Below are positions 63,304 to 64,000 of a stretch of DNA of 64,000 nt, piece by piece; the stretch's first letter is position 1, and each line of letters starts with the position of its first letter. The stretch lies in assembly GCA_001643675.2 (NCBI GenBank), contig LSRY02000014.1, positions 1,426,001-1,490,000 on the forward strand, read 5' to 3'. The DNA is from Monocercomonoides exilis PA203. Lineage: Eukaryota > Protista > Preaxostyla. The notes under the pieces were generated by a model that searched no databases, was not told the origin of the DNA, and was given only the letters and a program-made list of their open reading frames with translations. Both the position numbers and the translations under genes were made by a program.

Positions 63304-63880
63304 AATGAAAATAAAGAAACAAATTAAGAATACAGAAAACAAAATAATTAATAATTTTTGAAATAATTTTTTTTTAACATGAAACATAAAAGAATTTCTT
63401 TTCATATTCATGGACAATATTTCATTGATTCAATTTTTCTTTTAAAAACTCGCAATATTTTTGTTTTTGTCAAAACATACTATTCTTAACAAAAAGGAAT
63501 AAAATTTTTTTTGCAAATTTCAAGAATCATTATGGAAAATCATGAAAAATGTCTATTGAAGATAAAATTTTTTTAAACATAAATGCACACTGAAGTTTTA
63601 TTCTTTTCAAATATGAATAATAATGAAAATGCAAAACTGAAAATAATACTTCAAAAACTTTAAACAAACAAATTGAGCAATCTTGTTGCACAATTGAAGT
63701 GAAAGTTATAACCTCTGTGAAAGTGTGAAAAAGAACTGAAATGAAATAATATTTTTTAAGGTTTGTAGTTTGACAATTGTGCAGAAATTTTTTTCGAAAA
63801 TTATTAATTGTTGGTTAGTGTTTTATCCTTTTCAAAACATATTTCAAAAAATTGTTTGTTCCTATCAAAATAAAAATAAA

Positions 63881-63924
<44 letters not shown>

Positions 63925-64000
63925 GATGGGCACTGACTTTCGTGGACTCACATTTTCCAAGGTTACGCAGATGTTAAATTCTAGTGTATAAATAATTATT

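Overview
AT-rich, intron-containing eukaryotic (protist) genomic DNA read in the standard code (TAA and TGA both end real genes). Short GT-AG introns, often with GTTTG/GTATG donors, long poly(A) tracts, giant beta-helix-like membrane proteins and DIRS-type retroelements suggest an oxymonad such as Monocercomonoides (inference only). Bases 1-40.2 kb are gene-dense and arranged as four tight head-to-head pairs: Rad21/Rec8 kleisin with a cyclin L/K-like gene, TFIIH Tfb4/p34 with a Gyp1/TBC1D22 RabGAP, DRC5/TCTE1 with a ~2,100-aa type I membrane protein, and Rab1 with a ~3,300-aa protein. That last protein looks like an importin-alpha ARM scaffold stretched apart by huge low-complexity insertions. 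This half also holds a predicted LRR plus XK-family (scramblase-like) fusion gene, a secreted ~600-aa Cys-repeat protein, and a cluster of foldback/MITE elements at 6.6-8.5 kb. Bases 40.5-64 kb are mostly decayed repeats: a Tc3-like transposase remnant, two diverged head-to-head DIRS-like tyrosine-recombinase retroelements (RT-RNaseH-methyltransferase-YR) sharing an apparently perfect 1,159-bp inverted segment, a 451-bp TA-flanked MITE inside one YR gene, decayed GC-richer ORF islands, a G-quadruplex-prone tract, and another copy of a 242-bp MITE family. Exon models were built by eye, and family calls come from motif recognition rather than database searches.
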